Source: an uncultured Gemmatimonadales bacterium (GTDB lineage: Bacteria; Gemmatimonadota; Gemmatimonadetes; Longimicrobiales; RSA9). From it: 64,000 bases of DNA. Numbering within the stretch: position 1 is the first letter of the stretch; each line of letters starts with the position of its first letter. The notes under the pieces were generated by a model. It was not told the origin of the DNA and ran no database searches. It worked only from the letters and a program-made list of their open reading frames with translations. This document shows positions 30,126-39,113 of the stretch, piece after piece. The position numbers were made by a program, and so were the translations under genes. Location: positions 567,850 through 631,849 of the forward strand of contig CAWCUS010000001.1 of the NCBI GenBank assembly GCA_963798845.1, written 5' to 3'.

Positions 30126-31217
30126 ATGCGCCGCGCGCTGGCCGCCGCCGCCGCGGTGCTGCTGGCAGTGGCGCCGGCGTCGGCGCAACAGGCGGAGCCG
30201 ACGGGCGGCCTTTCCCTCGAGGCGAGGCTCGACTCGGCCGCGTCGATGCTGCGAACGCACCGGGACACGAGCGGCGTGGCGGGACTGTCGGCGGCGATCG
30301 CGGTGGGCGGCCGCGTCGTCTGGACGGGCGGCTTCGGCTTCGCCGACCTGCAGAACCGGGTGGAAGCGGGGCCGGCCATGGTGTCGCGCATCGGGTCCAT
30401 CTCGAAGCCGGTGGCGAGCGCCGCGGCCATGGCGCTCGTGGACCGGGGCGAGCTGGACCTGGACAGCCCGGTGTCGCGCTACCTGCCCGGATACCCGCGG
30501 CCGAACGGCGACCGGATCACCACCCGGCAGGTCATGAGCCACACGGCCGGCCTGCGGCACTACCGCGGCGACGAGTTCCTGAGCGGCACCCACTACGAGG
30601 ACGTGTTCGCCCCGCTGGCGGTGTTCTGGGCGGACTCGCTCCTGTTCGAGCCGGGGACCGACTACAGCTACTCCACGTACGGCTACACGGTGGTGAGCGC
30701 CGTGACCGAAGCCGCGGACGGGCGCCGCACCTGGACCACCATCCTGCGCGACGAGGTGACCGGCCCGCTGGGATTGACCACGCTCCAGCCCGAATGGGCG
30801 GACTCCGTGATCCCGGGACACGCCCGCTTCTACGAGCGAGCTCCGGACGGCGGCTGGATCAACGCGCCGGCCGTGGACCTGTCCAACAAGTGGGCGGGCG
30901 GCGGACTGGTCGGCACGGCTGCGGACCTGGCGAACTTCGCGCTGGGCGTGCTCCACGGGGACATCCTGTCGGACGCGGTGAGGAGCATGATGTGGACGCG
31001 CCAGACGCCGGAAGGCACCGCAGCGTACGGGCTGGGCTGGGGGATCGGGGAGATCGACGGCCACCGCGTTGTGTCCCACAGCGGCGGCTCCGTCGGCGCC
31101 ACGGCCATGCTGCTCCTCTTCCCGGACGACGACGTGGCAGTCGCCATCCTGGGCAACACCGGCTCCATCTCCCACGCCGGCATCGCCGCCCGCGTCGCCC
31201 GCCTCTTCCTGGAGTGA
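30126..31217 (+). CDS. serine hydrolase, beta-lactamase/transpeptidase-like family (class C-like)
   Basis: There is a signal peptide (MRRALAAAAAVLLAVAPASAQ), an SxxK motif (IGSISKPV) and YSTYGY. Alternative upstream ATGs lie at 30057 and 30099. Confidence 0.75.
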   Translation: MRRALAAAAAVLLAVAPASAQQAEPTGGLSLEARLDSAASMLRTHRDTSGVAGLSAAIAVGGRVVWTGGFGFADLQNRVEAGPAMVSRIGSISKPVASAAAMALVDRGELDLDSPVSRYLPGYPRPNGDRITTRQVMSHTAGLRHYRGDEFLSGTHYEDVFAPLAVFWADSLLFEPGTDYSYSTYGYTVVSAVTEAADGRRTWTTILRDEVTGPLGLTTLQPEWADSVIPGHARFYERAPDGGWINAPAVDLSNKWAGGGLVGTAADLANFALGVLHGDILSDAVRSMMWTRQTPEGTAAYGLGWGIGEIDGHRVVSHSGGSVGATAMLLLFPDDDVAVAILGNTGSISHAGIAARVARLFLE

Positions 31218-31313
31218 TGCCCCGGCCCCTGCACGCCTTGCCGCTCAAAGGGCCGCACGGTACGATCCCCCTCGCACCCACAGAGTGCCAGAAATCGCTT
31301 CAGGAGCAGTGAT

Positions 31314-32288
31314 ATGAAACGCATCCTGGTGACGGGCGCGGCGGGCCAGATCGGCACCGAGCTCGTACCGGCCCTGCTCGACCGATACCCGGGGGCGACG
31401 GTGGTCGCGACCGACATCCGCGAGCCCTCCGAGGCGTTGCCGGAAGGCGCGCGCTTCGCGGCGCTGGACTGCACGGATGCCGAGGCGTGCCAGCGGGTCG
31501 TGGCGGAGAACGGCATAGACACCGTGTACCACCTGGCGGCCATCCTGTCCGCGAAGGCGGAAGGGATGCCGGAGAAGGCGTGGGCGGTCAACATGAACGG
31601 GCTGGAGAACCTGCTGGAAGGGGCGCGCGGGGAAGGAGCGGCGCTGTTCGTGCCGAGCTCGATCGCCGCGTTCGGTCCGACCACCCCCTCCGACCCGACC
31701 CCGCAGGACACGATCCAGCGGCCGAACACCATGTATGGCGTGACGAAGGTCGCGGGCGAGCTGCTCTGCGACTACTACCACACGCGCTTCGGCGTGGACG
31801 CCCGGGGCGTCCGCTACCCGGGGCTCATCAGCTACATGGCGCCGCCGGGCGGAGGGACCACGGACTACGCCGTGGAGATCTTCCACGCCGCGCTGACGGA
31901 GGGGCGCTACACCTGCTACCTGTCGGCACACACGCAGCTGGACATGATGTACATGCCGGATGCGCTGCGCGCGGCCATGGAGCTCATGGATGCCCCCGCG
32001 CACAAGCTGAAGCACCGCAACGCTTTCAACATCACGGCGATGCAGCTGACGCCGGCCACGCTGACGGAGGCCATCCGCGTCCACATTCCCGGCTTCGAGA
32101 TCCGCTACGAGGTGGATCCGGTTCGCCAGCGGATCGCGGGCTCGTGGCCCCGCCACCTCGATGACGCGGCGGCCCGGCAGGAATGGGGTTGGGACGCGGA
32201 ATACGACATGGCGTCGATGGTGGAGGACATGCTCACCCGACTGGCGGAGCGCCTGGGCCGGCAGAGCCCGGTGGCCGCCGAACGGTAG
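31314..32288 (+). CDS. tdh: L-threonine 3-dehydrogenase, SDR/epimerase-type
   Basis: The Rossmann N-terminus is MKRILVTGAAGQIGTEL, and YGVTK supplies the catalytic YxxxK. The gene lies immediately upstream of kbl. This SDR-type Tdh-Kbl pairing is established. Confidence 0.75.
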   Translation: MKRILVTGAAGQIGTELVPALLDRYPGATVVATDIREPSEALPEGARFAALDCTDAEACQRVVAENGIDTVYHLAAILSAKAEGMPEKAWAVNMNGLENLLEGARGEGAALFVPSSIAAFGPTTPSDPTPQDTIQRPNTMYGVTKVAGELLCDYYHTRFGVDARGVRYPGLISYMAPPGGGTTDYAVEIFHAALTEGRYTCYLSAHTQLDMMYMPDALRAAMELMDAPAHKLKHRNAFNITAMQLTPATLTEAIRVHIPGFEIRYEVDPVRQRIAGSWPRHLDDAAARQEWGWDAEYDMASMVEDMLTRLAERLGRQSPVAAER

Positions 32289-32307
32289 AACCGGGGACCA
32301 GAGGAAC

Positions 32308-33531
32308 ATGCCGCTAGACAAGCTCGTACCCGTGCTGCGCGACCAGGTGGCGCAGCTCGAGGCGGAAGGTCGCGCGAAGGGGGCGGAAGCCGTGGTCACG
32401 CGGGTCCTCACGCCGGCGGGCGACCGTGGTCCCCGCTTCATGCTCCGGGGCCAGGGGGAGAAGCAGTTCATCCGGATGAACTCCAACTCCTACCTGGGCA
32501 TGGGGCTGCGCCCCGAGGTGATCGATGCGGAGGAGCACGGCAGCCGCGAGCTCGGCGCCGGGCCGGGGGCGGTCCGCTTCATCAGCGGGACGTACCAGGC
32601 GCACACCGATCTCGAGCGGCGCCTGGCCGCGTTCCACGGCCGCGAGTCGGCCATGATCTTCAGCTCGGCGTACGCCACCATCATGGGGATCATCACGCCG
32701 CTGATCACGCCCGAGACGATCGTGGTCAGCGACGAGCTCAACCACAACTGCATCATCAACGCGATGCGGCTGTCGCGTCCCCTGGACAAGGTGGTATACC
32801 CCCACCTCGACATGGACGCGCTGGAGCGCGCCTGCGCGGATGCGGCCGGGAAGGCCAAGCGGCTGCTCGTGGTCACGGACGGGATCTTCAGCATGCGCGG
32901 CGACAACGCGCCGCTCGATCGCATCATGGGCATCGTCCGAAAGCACGACGCCAAGTTCGAGGAGGGCGCGTTCGTGGTGGCCGACGACTCACACGGCGTG
33001 GGCGCGATCGGCGAGACGGGCCGGGGCACGGAGGAGCACACGGGCGCCCGCGTCGATCTCCTGGTCGGCACGCTCGGAAAGGCGTTCGGGGTGAACGGCG
33101 GGTACATCGTGGGGCCGGAGGCGGTGATCCGCTTCCTCCGCGAGACGTCGCCGTTCTACATCTACTCGAACCCGATCACGCCCGGCGAGGCGCGGGCGGC
33201 CGCCACGTCGCTCGAGATCCTGGACAGCCCGCTGGGCAAGCAGCTGCTGCAGAAGCTCCGCTCCCTCACCAAGCGCTTCGAGAGCGGTCTGGGGCGGCTG
33301 GGCCTCGAGACCATCCCCGGCGACCACCCCGTGGTCCCGCTCATGGTCCGCGACACCGCGCGCACCCGCAGGATCGTCCAGCATCTGTTCGAGAACGGCG
33401 TGCTCGCCACCGGTCTCGCCTACCCCGTGGTGCCGAAGGGGGACGAGGAGATCCGGTTCCAGATCAACGCGGACCACACCGAGGCGGACATCGACCGTGT
33501 CCTGGAGGTGCTGGACGGCTTTGCCGGGTAG
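32308..33531 (+). CDS. kbl: 2-amino-3-ketobutyrate CoA ligase (glycine C-acetyltransferase)
   Basis: The sequence contains NSNSYLGM, DELNHNCIINAMRLS, DDSHGVGAIGETGRG and GTLGKAFG (PLP lysine). This is the alpha-oxoamine synthase family, and the gene follows tdh. Confidence 0.85.
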   Translation: MPLDKLVPVLRDQVAQLEAEGRAKGAEAVVTRVLTPAGDRGPRFMLRGQGEKQFIRMNSNSYLGMGLRPEVIDAEEHGSRELGAGPGAVRFISGTYQAHTDLERRLAAFHGRESAMIFSSAYATIMGIITPLITPETIVVSDELNHNCIINAMRLSRPLDKVVYPHLDMDALERACADAAGKAKRLLVVTDGIFSMRGDNAPLDRIMGIVRKHDAKFEEGAFVVADDSHGVGAIGETGRGTEEHTGARVDLLVGTLGKAFGVNGGYIVGPEAVIRFLRETSPFYIYSNPITPGEARAAATSLEILDSPLGKQLLQKLRSLTKRFESGLGRLGLETIPGDHPVVPLMVRDTARTRRIVQHLFENGVLATGLAYPVVPKGDEEIRFQINADHTEADIDRVLEVLDGFAG

Positions 33532-33621
33532 CGCGCGCTGCGCCCGGGCGGGACGCAGCGCCCGCGGCAACGCACGGCGCGGACCGGCGACTCCGCTGCC
33601 TCGCCGCGAAGGGACGCCGCG

Positions 33622-34290
33622 GTGAAGGCGCGCACGAAGCGACAGGCGGGCTTCATCCTCGGTCTCTGCCTGTGGCTGGCCGTGATGTGGCTGTTCTGGT
33701 GGTCGCCGGTGATCTATCCGGTGAAGCTGTTCGTGGTGCTCCTCCACGAGGCCAGCCACGCGCTGATGGCGGTTGCCACGGGTGGAACCGTCCAGCGCAT
33801 CGTGGTCACGCCGGGCCAGGGCGGCGTCTGCTACTGCCCGGGCGGCAGTCCGTTTCTCACCCTTTCGGCGGGCTATCTCGGCAGCCTCGGCTTCGGCGCC
33901 CTCATCCTCCTCCTGGGCAGGGCAAGGCGCCCGAAGCCGCAGGACTCCACTACACTGATCGGCGTAGCAGTGCTGATCCTGACGGCGCTGTATGTCCGGA
34001 ACGCTTTCGGGATCCTGTTCGGAGCGCTGTTCGGTGCGGCGGTCATCGCCATGCGCGCGCTGGGAAGGACGGCGCACGTCCTGGCGCTGACGGCGCTCGG
34101 GCTCACGAGCTGCCTGTACGCGCTGCTCGACATCAAGAGCGACGTCCTGGACCGCCCCTACCTCACGTCCGACGCATCCATGCTGGCCGACCTGACCGGG
34201 GTGCCGACCGTCGTCTGGGGCGTGCTCTGGATCGGCCTGGGGCTGATGGTGAGCTGGTGGCTCTTCCGGCGCACGCTCGAGCGCGCCTGA
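33622..34290 (+). CDS. M50B-like membrane metallopeptidase family protein
   Basis: The protein is polytopic and carries an HExxH motif within a TM segment (VVLLHEASHALMAV). It uses a GTG start. Confidence 0.65.
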   Translation: MKARTKRQAGFILGLCLWLAVMWLFWWSPVIYPVKLFVVLLHEASHALMAVATGGTVQRIVVTPGQGGVCYCPGGSPFLTLSAGYLGSLGFGALILLLGRARRPKPQDSTTLIGVAVLILTALYVRNAFGILFGALFGAAVIAMRALGRTAHVLALTALGLTSCLYALLDIKSDVLDRPYLTSDASMLADLTGVPTVVWGVLWIGLGLMVSWWLFRRTLERA

Positions 34291-34315
34291 GCCAGGCAGG
34301 GCGGCGAACGTGAAC

Positions 34316-34347
34316 GAGGGGGCGCACCCACGTGGGTGCGCCCCCTC
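34316..34347. terminator. perfect GC-rich hairpin between convergent genes (bidirectional terminator candidate)
   Basis: The hairpin is GAGGGGGCGCACCCA-CG-TGGGTGCGCCCCCTC, a near-perfect 32-nt palindrome. It lies between the stops at 34290 (+) and 34380 (-). Confidence 0.6.
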
Positions 34348-34379
34348 ATCTCATCGGGTACCGGCCACTCGCCGGCGAG

Positions 34380-34913
34380 TTACCGCGGAACGCCGGCGCC
34401 GCCCGGGCCGCCGCCACCGCCGCGCGGGCCGCGGCGCGGCCGCTCGCCACGCCCGGGCCGGTCGGCCGGGCCGCGGCGCATGAAGGCGCGCATCTTCGTC
34501 ACCTGGTCGGGGGTGAGCAGCGCTCGCGCCTCGGCCATCGCCGTCCGGTCGGTTTCCCGGATCTGGTCGCGTACCGGCTGGAGCGCCTGCATCCGCTCGC
34601 GCGCCTGCTGCCGCTCCTCGGCCGTCATGTCGGCGGGCGCCTTGTCGCCGAACGCCTTCTTCATCTGCTCCCAGCGAGGGCCATTCTCCTTCTCGACCCG
34701 CGCCTGGATCGCGGTCAGCTTCGTCACCTGCTCAGCGGTGAGCGCGAGATCCTGGCCGTGGTCCAGCAGGACCTGGACCGGGTTCCGCTCCATCTGGGCC
34801 GGGCCGCGCATCCCGGCTCCCATCCCCGGACGCCCGGGGCCGCCCTGCGCCATCGCCGGCGCGGCGACGAGGGCAAGGGCCATGAACGCGCCCATGACGG
34901 TTCGCTTCTGCAT
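34380..34913 (-). CDS. periplasmic Spy/CpxP-family (LTxxQ motif) protein
   Basis: There is a signal peptide (MQKRTVMGAFMALALVAAPAMAQ) and two LTxxQ motifs (LTAEQVTKL, LTPDQVTKM). The tail is basic and Gly/Arg/Pro-rich. Confidence 0.7.
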   Translation of the reverse strand: MQKRTVMGAFMALALVAAPAMAQGGPGRPGMGAGMRGPAQMERNPVQVLLDHGQDLALTAEQVTKLTAIQARVEKENGPRWEQMKKAFGDKAPADMTAEERQQARERMQALQPVRDQIRETDRTAMAEARALLTPDQVTKMRAFMRRGPADRPGRGERPRRGPRGGGGGPGGAGVPR

Positions 34914-34999
34914 CTGCCTCCTCCATGCCGTTGATCGAATCGGCCCCGCCGTGGGGCTCCGGAGGTATGGACGACGCGGCGGCCGCGGATGTTAAGCGG

Positions 35000-35956
35000 T
35001 CAGGGGTGGAGCGCCGTGCTGGCGGCGGCGAGGGCGGGCTTGCCAAGGGGTGCGCCGGCCAGCGGGTCGGCCGTGTCGCCGAGCACGTAACGGCCGTCCA
35101 CCTCCCGGATGTCAGGAAGGCGGTGCGCGCGCTCGAACGCCAGGTAGCCGGCCTGGAGGCTTTGCCAGAAGGGATAGTCGACGTACCGGCGGGTGTAGGT
35201 CCGGGCGAGCCAGAGCATGCCGCGGTCATCCAGGCGAGTCGGGAAAACGTGGACGGGGATTCGGCGCTGTCCGGCGTCGCGCGCTTCGAGGGCGATGACG
35301 TAGAGCTCCTGGATCCACTCGTCGCCCACGGCGATGCACCCGATGCTCGCGCAGCCGCCGTGAATGTAGATGTCCCCGCCCAGCTCCCGCCCGCGACCAC
35401 GGGCGCGATCCACGGCGTTCGGATAGCTGACCCGCATGGACAGGAGGAAACGGCTCACCGGGTTGAAGAGGTCCAGCGTGTAGAAGCCTTCCGGAACCTG
35501 CAGGTCCCCGCGCTGCCGCTTCGGCCCGGGTCTGCCGGAAATCCTGCATATCGGGTATCGCTTCAGCAGGACGAAGGCATCGCTCCTCTCCCCGCGCGCC
35601 CAGACCTCCAGGACCCGCTCACGCTTGAACACCCGGAAGAAGACCGCCGCCGGACGCGTGACGCCGGCCGCCGTGAACAGGCTTCGCACCGCGCCTCGCT
35701 TCGCCGCGTAGGCCCGGCGCACACGCGGGAATGCGAGCTCCTTCGAGGAGACGGTGTGGCTCGCCACGGGCGTTCGCGCCTTCGCAGCGGACAGGACCGG
35801 CCCGGCCAGCACGCGTGCCGCCGTCGCCTCCGGCGAGGCGAGAACCTCGGCGGCGGCGCGCGGAGACAGGAGCGGCTCCTGAGCACAGAGATGGGCGGCG
35901 GCCAGGGAGGCCGCCGCGGCCACTACGGTGATACGGAGTCGTACAGGGGCGACCAT
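35000..35956 (-). CDS. L,D-transpeptidase family protein (YafK-like)
   Basis: The sequence contains GPKRQRGDLQVPEGFYTL and GGDIYIHGGCASIGCIAV. The latter is an HG-x-C catalytic-type motif. Confidence 0.75.
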   Translation of the reverse strand: MVAPVRLRITVVAAAASLAAAHLCAQEPLLSPRAAAEVLASPEATAARVLAGPVLSAAKARTPVASHTVSSKELAFPRVRRAYAAKRGAVRSLFTAAGVTRPAAVFFRVFKRERVLEVWARGERSDAFVLLKRYPICRISGRPGPKRQRGDLQVPEGFYTLDLFNPVSRFLLSMRVSYPNAVDRARGRGRELGGDIYIHGGCASIGCIAVGDEWIQELYVIALEARDAGQRRIPVHVFPTRLDDRGMLWLARTYTRRYVDYPFWQSLQAGYLAFERAHRLPDIREVDGRYVLGDTADPLAGAPLGKPALAAASTALHP

Positions 35957-36005
35957 CGCCTGTCTGTTCTGGTTGTATCGGCTTTTCGACCGGGGATGTT
36001 CAACC

Positions 36006-37064
36006 CTAGGTCATCGGGCCGGCGCCGTCAACCGTTTCTTTTCGTCCATGCCCCGGCCGCCGGCCGCGGTCCATGAAGGCGGGGGCGGCCGAGTCCGTGG
36101 ACGGAGAGGGCGCGGGAGTGTCGACGCGCGGCTCGAACGCCGCGTCGCCGGCCGCCGCGGAGGCGGTGGCGCTGTCCGCGGCGGGCACGGCGGCGGAGTC
36201 GGCAATGGCAGGCCCGGGCGCCGGGGGGACGACATAGCGGCCATCGGATCCGACGGTGACCCACGGAACGCGGTGCGTCGCCTGGAAGTAGGCATAGCCT
36301 CTGGCGAGGTCCTGCCAGAGGTCGAGGACGTCGGGATCGGGATGGAAGGTGTGCTCGAGCCAGCCCAGGCGGCCGGAGTCCATGCGTGTGGGGAAGATGT
36401 GCACGGGGATGATGCGCTGGCCGCGGTCCATGGCCTGCACGGCGAGCCAGTAGACTTCCTCAATGTTGTCGTTCTCAATGGGAACGCAGCCCACCGTCTT
36501 GCAGCCGCCGTGGATGAAGATGTCTCCGCCGAGGGAGAGCGCATCGCGGCGCATGCGATCGGCCAGGTTCGGGTAGCTGACGCGCAGGGAGAGGAGGTAT
36601 GCGCTGTTGGGGTTGAAAGCGTCGATGTAGTAGAAGCCTTCGGGGACCTGGACATCACCCATGCTGCGCTTCGGTCCCAGCTGACCGGGGAGAGCGCACA
36701 CGGGATACGCCCGGATCAGGGTGAAGGACGAGTCGCCGGCCGCGCGCGCCCACAGCTCCATGACGCGCTCATGCTTGAAGACCCGGAGGAAGATGGAAGC
36801 GGGTGGGTAGCCCACGCCCTTCTGCGAGAACAGCGCGTGGAGCCGATCGTCCGCGTCGTCGCGGGCGCGGGCGACGCGGGCGAACGTGAGCTGGTGAGCG
36901 GCGAACGCCTCGGGGCCACCCTCGCGCTCCGCCGGTGTCCCGAGTGGCAGGCCGGGGACCGGGGTCCCCAGCGGCGTCTGCGCGGCGGCGCCGGACGCCA
37001 CGGGCGCCGCCCACGCCGCCACGGCGACGGCGAGCGCAGACAGCGTGTTCGCTCGAATCTCCAT
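36006..37064 (-). CDS. L,D-transpeptidase family protein (YafK-like), paralog of 35000-35956 with Ala/Pro/Ser-rich C-terminal tail
   Basis: The start is MEIRANTLSALAVAVAAWAAP. The protein shares GPKRSMGDVQVPEGFYYI and GGDIFIHGGCKTVGCVPI with its neighbour. Confidence 0.75.
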   Translation of the reverse strand: MEIRANTLSALAVAVAAWAAPVASGAAAQTPLGTPVPGLPLGTPAEREGGPEAFAAHQLTFARVARARDDADDRLHALFSQKGVGYPPASIFLRVFKHERVMELWARAAGDSSFTLIRAYPVCALPGQLGPKRSMGDVQVPEGFYYIDAFNPNSAYLLSLRVSYPNLADRMRRDALSLGGDIFIHGGCKTVGCVPIENDNIEEVYWLAVQAMDRGQRIIPVHIFPTRMDSGRLGWLEHTFHPDPDVLDLWQDLARGYAYFQATHRVPWVTVGSDGRYVVPPAPGPAIADSAAVPAADSATASAAAGDAAFEPRVDTPAPSPSTDSAAPAFMDRGRRPGHGRKETVDGAGPMT

Positions 37065-37224
37065 CCGGCCGACTCCTTCGACATGCATGTGTGGGAGGTC
37101 CGTGCAAGCGCCACGCCGGACATTCACTGGCCTACCTCGTTCACGCGTTGTACCATTGGCCGGTTCCGTCCCCAGAAGCGACAGCGGCCGCGCCGGCCGG
37201 CATCGGAGAATCGAAAGCGCGATC

Positions 37225-38980
37225 ATGGACATCTTCACCTGGATCGGATCCGCCCTGGGCTGGTTCGTCGACACCATCGGCTACTACGTCTGGGACTTCG
37301 GCATTCCCGTCGGGGACGAAACCATCCCCCTGGTCGTGATCGCCCTGCTGGGTGTCGGCACGTACCTCACCCTCCGGCTCGGCTTCGTCCAGCTCCGCCA
37401 CTTCGCCCACGGCGTGGCGGTGACGACCGGAAAGTACGACGACCCGAACGAGCCGGGCGACGTCGCCCACTTCCAGGCGCTCACCACCGCCCTCTCGGCC
37501 ACCGTCGGGATCGGCAACATCGCGGGCGTGGCCATCGCGCTCCACTTCGGCGGACCCGGCGCGCTCTTCTGGATGTGGATGACCGCGTTCCTGGGCATGG
37601 CGACGAAATACACCGAAGTCACGCTGGCCCAGCGCTACCGGGATGTGAACCCGGACGCCGACCCGCACCGCTGGGAGGGCAGCGTCTCCGGCGGCCCCAT
37701 GTACTACATCGAGAAGGGGCTGGGCCCGAACTGGAGATGGATGGCCGTGTTCTTCGCCACCATCCTCGGCATCACCGCCTTCCTCACCGGGAACGGCATC
37801 CAGGCCAACACGGTGGCCGACGCGCTGTGGACGCAGTTCGGCCTCGCGCGATGGATCACCGGCCTGGTCACCGCGAGCGTCGTGGCGCTCGTGATCCTGG
37901 GCGGGATCGGACGCATCGGGAAGGTCACGGGCATCCTGGCGCCCGTGATGGCCGCCATCTACGTGCTGGGCGCGCTGGTGATCATCCTGATGCACTACGA
38001 CCAGATCCTGCCCACGTTCGCCCTCATCTTCCGTGAGGCGTTCAACCCCACGGCAGGCGTCGCGGGCACCGGCACCGGCGCCATCCTGGTCACCATGATG
38101 TGGGGCGTGCGACGGGGGCTCTTCTCCAACGAGGCCGGGCAGGGATCCGCGCCCATCGCCCATGCTGCAGCCAAGACGGACGAGCCCGTTTCCGAAGGCG
38201 TGGTCGCGCTGCTGGAGCCCTTCATCGACACCATCGTGATCTGCTCCATGACCGGGCTCGTCATCATCATGAGCGGGGCGTACCACGAGAAGGTGCTCAC
38301 CCCCATCACCATCGACCAGGGCGACATCTCCTACGTCACCATCGACGACAACGGCCACGCCCAGACCGTCGCTTCCACGCCGCCGGCCATCATCGTACCA
38401 GGACGGCATCGCGGCCGGACCCGACGGCGTCCGCCTGGCCTGGCACCAGGTGGCCGTCGACACGCTCTACACCGACACGGCGCTCACCCGGCCGTTCACC
38501 GGCCAGGTCAGGCCCGGCACCGGCACGGCCATCACCATCAGCGGCCAGACACAGCCGACCCTCTACGCCAACGCCGTGACCACGGGCGCCCCCCTCACCA
38601 TGCTCGGGTTCCAGTACGGCCTCCCCGGGGAGTGGGGCCAGTACATCGTGATCATCAGCGTGGTGCTGTTCGCCATCTCCACCGCCATCTCCTGGAGCTA
38701 CTACGGGGACCGCTGCGCCAACTACCTCTTCGGCCCGAAGGCCATCCTGCCATACAAGGTGGTCTTCGTGCTCATGCACTTCCTCGGCGCCGTCGTGCCC
38801 CTCACCGTCATCTGGTCCCTGGGCGACGTGTTCCTCGGCATCGTCATCCTCCCCAACCTCATCGCCCTCGCCATCCTCTCGCCGCAGGTCGCGGCCATGA
38901 CGAAGAGCTACTTCGAGCGGAAGGCCTGGCTCTCCAACCTGGCAGCCCACCAGCGCGCCCGGGAGTCGAAGGGCAGGTAG
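37225..38980 (+). pseudogene. alanine/glycine:cation symporter (AGCS family), interrupted by an apparent 1-nt insertion near 38398
   Basis: The N-terminal two-thirds are in one frame (QALTTALSATVGIGNIAGVAIALHFGGPGALFWMWMTAFLGMATKYTEV...). The C-terminal third is in the +1 frame (FAISTAISWSYYGDRCANYLFG...). The total span is 1756 nt, which is 3n+1. This could be a sequencing error rather than a true pseudogene. Confidence 0.75.
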
Positions 38981-39113
38981 CGGGGCACGGCCGGCCGGCC
39001 GGTCCGACGGCCGGGCTGGCCGCGTGGGTCCCCGCCAGGCGGGCGGCGCGGATCGACCCGGTGAGGCGCTGCGGTAGGCGGGGGAACGGCGCGTGTCAGC
39101 CCGCCGTTCGACC

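Noticed and set aside
37065-37224. A glycine riboswitch upstream of the alanine/glycine symporter.
   Set aside because: I could not find the conserved GGAGAG...ACCGAAGGGGCAA-type cores in the 160-nt leader. No other riboswitch consensus was recognised.
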